A stretch of 64,000 nt of DNA from positions 709,507,472-709,571,471 of the forward strand of contig NC_058130.1 in assembly GCF_016433145.1 (NCBI RefSeq), written 5' to 3'. The stretch comes from Gracilinanus agilis (lineage: Eukaryota). Within the stretch, counting starts at the first letter, position 1. The number at the start of each line of letters is the position of its first letter. Position numbers and translations under genes: made by a program. The notes under the pieces are model-generated. The model saw nothing but the letters and a program-made list of their open reading frames with translations, was not told the DNA's origin and did not search any database. Positions 37,172-64,000 of the stretch are shown in pieces.

Positions 37172-37450
37172 CTGGCTCGGCCCCTCGCTTCCTTCTCCAG
37201 CCCCGACCCCGTCCCGTCCCGTCTGGTCTGTCTGCGCGGGCTTCGCTCCGCTCCCAGCTTCGGCAGCACCTCCTCCTCCCCCTGCCGGGCTCCGGCGCTG
37301 GAGGGGCGGTGCGCGAGATCACGCCCCCCCCCAGCCCAGCCCGGCCCCGCCTCCCGCTCCCCTCCCCATCTAACACCGCCCTCCCAAAGCCCGGGGAACC
37401 TAACTTCGGCGCTGGCCCATGGCCTGCCCCGCCGGCCTGGGGGAGTTGGA
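37172..37450 (-). promoter_or_regulatory. KANK2: Probable KANK2 CpG promoter and non-coding first exon
   Basis: CpG/GC-rich island with GC boxes and G-tracts at 37321-37366 (potential G4 on the minus strand). Donor-like CCAG|GTACTG at 37172/37171. The TSS is inferred. Confidence 0.6.
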
Positions 37451-38322
37451 GGGCTTGGCCCAGGGTACAGGTGCGGGCTCCACCTGCAGAACAGGTGGGG
37501 GTGGGAGGGGCTCCCTCGCTCGGCACCTCTAGTCCCGCCCTCTCCCGGAATGGCAGGGTAAGATCCAGGGCTGGGGGCCTCCCCTCAGGGAGCAGCGAGG
37601 AGCCAGCCCTACAGGGATAAGCCTGGGGGAAAGGAGGGGCCCCTCCGGCTGCCCCAGAGACCCTTCCGCTGGGAAGAGTGTGGGGCTGAATGTCAGGGCA
37701 TGTTGGGGTTCTGCCAGACCCGCCCCTCTTGGAGCAGGGCAGCTCCCTCCTTCCTTATCCCTAGTGGGCCAGCTGTCGGGGTGGGGGAGGGCGGTGTCGA
37801 GTCAAAGTTACCAAAACATCCCCAAACATCCCGACCCAAGCAGAGGGAGAGAGGGCGGGCCACAAGTGGGCGGGGTGCCCCACTGTGCCCCACTCCTCTT
37901 TGCCCGGGGCCAGGTCCAGCTGGCCGGAAGGGGCCACAGCCTTGCCGGCCACCCACACCCACTTTGGCCAAGCTCCCCAACACCTTGGCAGAGAGCACAT
38001 AAACGAGGTGTGCCATACAAGAGTGGGCAACCACAGGACCCGCCCCCAACCAGCCCCCTTTGAGGGAGGAACCGTGCTCAGAGGGTGATTTTTTAAAAAG
38101 TCACTTTAAATTAAAAAAAGATAACGTAAACACAGGTGTAGACCCCCTTGGCCAACAGGGCCCAGTGCAGAGGGGGGCAGGGTGAGGGCACAGAAGACAC
38201 AAAAGCACCGGAGAGGCCCAGTCCTGGGGCCACCCCAGCTGGGCTGGGGCTTCATTGCGTCTGTGTTTGGGGGGGTTCCCAGCCCCCCTGGGCTGGCTTC
38301 TGTCCTTTGACTTCCTTTTCAA

Positions 38323-62748
<24,426 letters not shown>

Positions 62749-64000
62749 CTGCAAGGAGGGAAGGACAAAGAGTTAAGAGATCAAAACAAATCCCTTTGTG
62801 TCTTCGTGCCACAAGAGTTGACCACATGGCAATGGACAGACATTCATATGGTGCTCTACCCACGTGCCAAATCTCATTTAGGTTTTACAGTCCCGGGAGG
62901 GAGGTACAAGGGGTACCATTGTTTCCATTTTACAGATGAGAAAACCAAGGCTCAGTGAGATGAAAAGTGACTTGCCTGGGATCAAATCACTACTTCAATG
63001 CTGGAGAGATGATCTAAACTCAGTTTTTCTTTCTTTTTTTTCTTTCTTCCTAAACCCATGCCTTCTGTCTTTGAATCAGTACTGTGTATTGGCTCTAAGG
63101 CAGAAGAGTGGTAAGGGCTAGGCAATGGGGGTTAAGTGACTTGTCCAGGGTCACGCAGCTAGGAAGTGTCTGAAGCCAGATTTGAACCCTGACCCTCCTG
63201 TTTCTAAGCTTGGCTCTCTATCCACTGAGCCAACCCAGCTGCTCCCTAAACCCAGTTTTTCTAACCCCAATTCCAACTCTCTGCAGTATTGAGGAGATCT
63301 TAGAGGTAACCAAGTCCAGTTTTCTTATTTCAATGATCATTTTTTCAGCAAGAACTACAGTCCAGAGAAGGCCTTGACCAAAGTCATTCAGGTCAAAAGT
63401 AGCTGTTGGAGAACTGAATTCGATTGTGTTCTAAGTCAGACCTCCAGGAGGCTCACCCACAGAAGGTGCTTGACCAAGACCTCCAATGTGCTAGGCCCGA
63501 GGAAGGAGGGATTGGTGTCATTCGGGAGGGCTTCATGGTGGAGGTCAGGTTTGAACTAGGCCTTGAAGGATGGGTAGGAGTTAGAAAGAGTTCAAAGGAA
63601 TCCTTTTGGGAGCCAGAACCAAAATGGCGAAGTAGCAGGATGGAAAGCTGGAACTTCTCTGAGAATCCTGCCAAAAGAATCCTTTCATTTAGAGCTTGAT
63701 AGGTCATAGGATTATATAAGATCAGGAGATTTATAGCGAGCTTCTAGGCATTTTGATCATCTAGTTCAACTGCCCAATTTTACTGATGAGGACTTGAAGG
63801 CCCAAGTTTAGTGACTTGACCAAGGTCAAACAAATGGTAACTGACAGAGGTAGAATTTGATCCCTGCTCTGAATCCAAATGCAGCATTCTTCCCATTGTA
63901 TCACAATGGCCCTTGGACATATAGCCTAACTTCTATACTTTACATAGGAGGAGACTGAGTCACAGAGAAGGAGGGGACCTGCCCACAGTCACTAAGTAGC

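Noticed and set aside
37257-37269. 13-nt match to the U6 snRNA 5' end (GCTTCGGCAGCAC)
   Set aside because: Similarity does not extend on either side; chance match in GC-rich DNA.
63370-63400. Nuclear-receptor-like half sites (CAAAGTCA, AGGTCA) as an ANGPTL8 liver element
   Set aside because: They resemble the decayed SINE/MIR core caaggtcaca, which is abundant throughout the window.

Overview
This is mammalian genomic DNA, almost certainly a marsupial. The young SINEs match my recollection of the Monodelphis SINE1_Mdo/MAR1 families, and a full-length 7SL-derived retrocopy is present, so an opossum-like species is likely. The window is syntenic to human 19p13.2 (SPC24-KANK2-DOCK6). Two spliced genes lie on the minus strand, and I reconstructed both by hand with splice phases checked at every junction. 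(1) KANK2 is complete: 11 coding exons, ATG at 32372, stop at 8894, 965 aa, with a ~2.3 kb 3'UTR to an AATAAA at 6556. (2) DOCK6 is the 3' part only: 36 coding exons from 62748 to the stop at 38323, about 1565 aa, covering DHR-1 through DHR-2. It includes two in-frame cassette-type exons, a 15-nt microexon and one GC-AG intron. Position 1-170 is a CCAAT/NRF1/CHR promoter, probably SPC24 by synteny. The introns are rich in SINEs, L1, L2, LTR and hAT relics, and there are three N gaps. I see no prokaryotic features and cannot claim a wholly new biological system. The best leads are the DOCK6 alternative-splicing module (YCAY, TACTAAC and TGCATG motifs, plus the microexon), possible truncated KANK2 isoforms from intronic polyadenylation, a compact TEAD-CArG-MEF2-FOX motif cluster, and several unusual retroposition products. 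Comparisons with human proteins are from memory, not from a database search.
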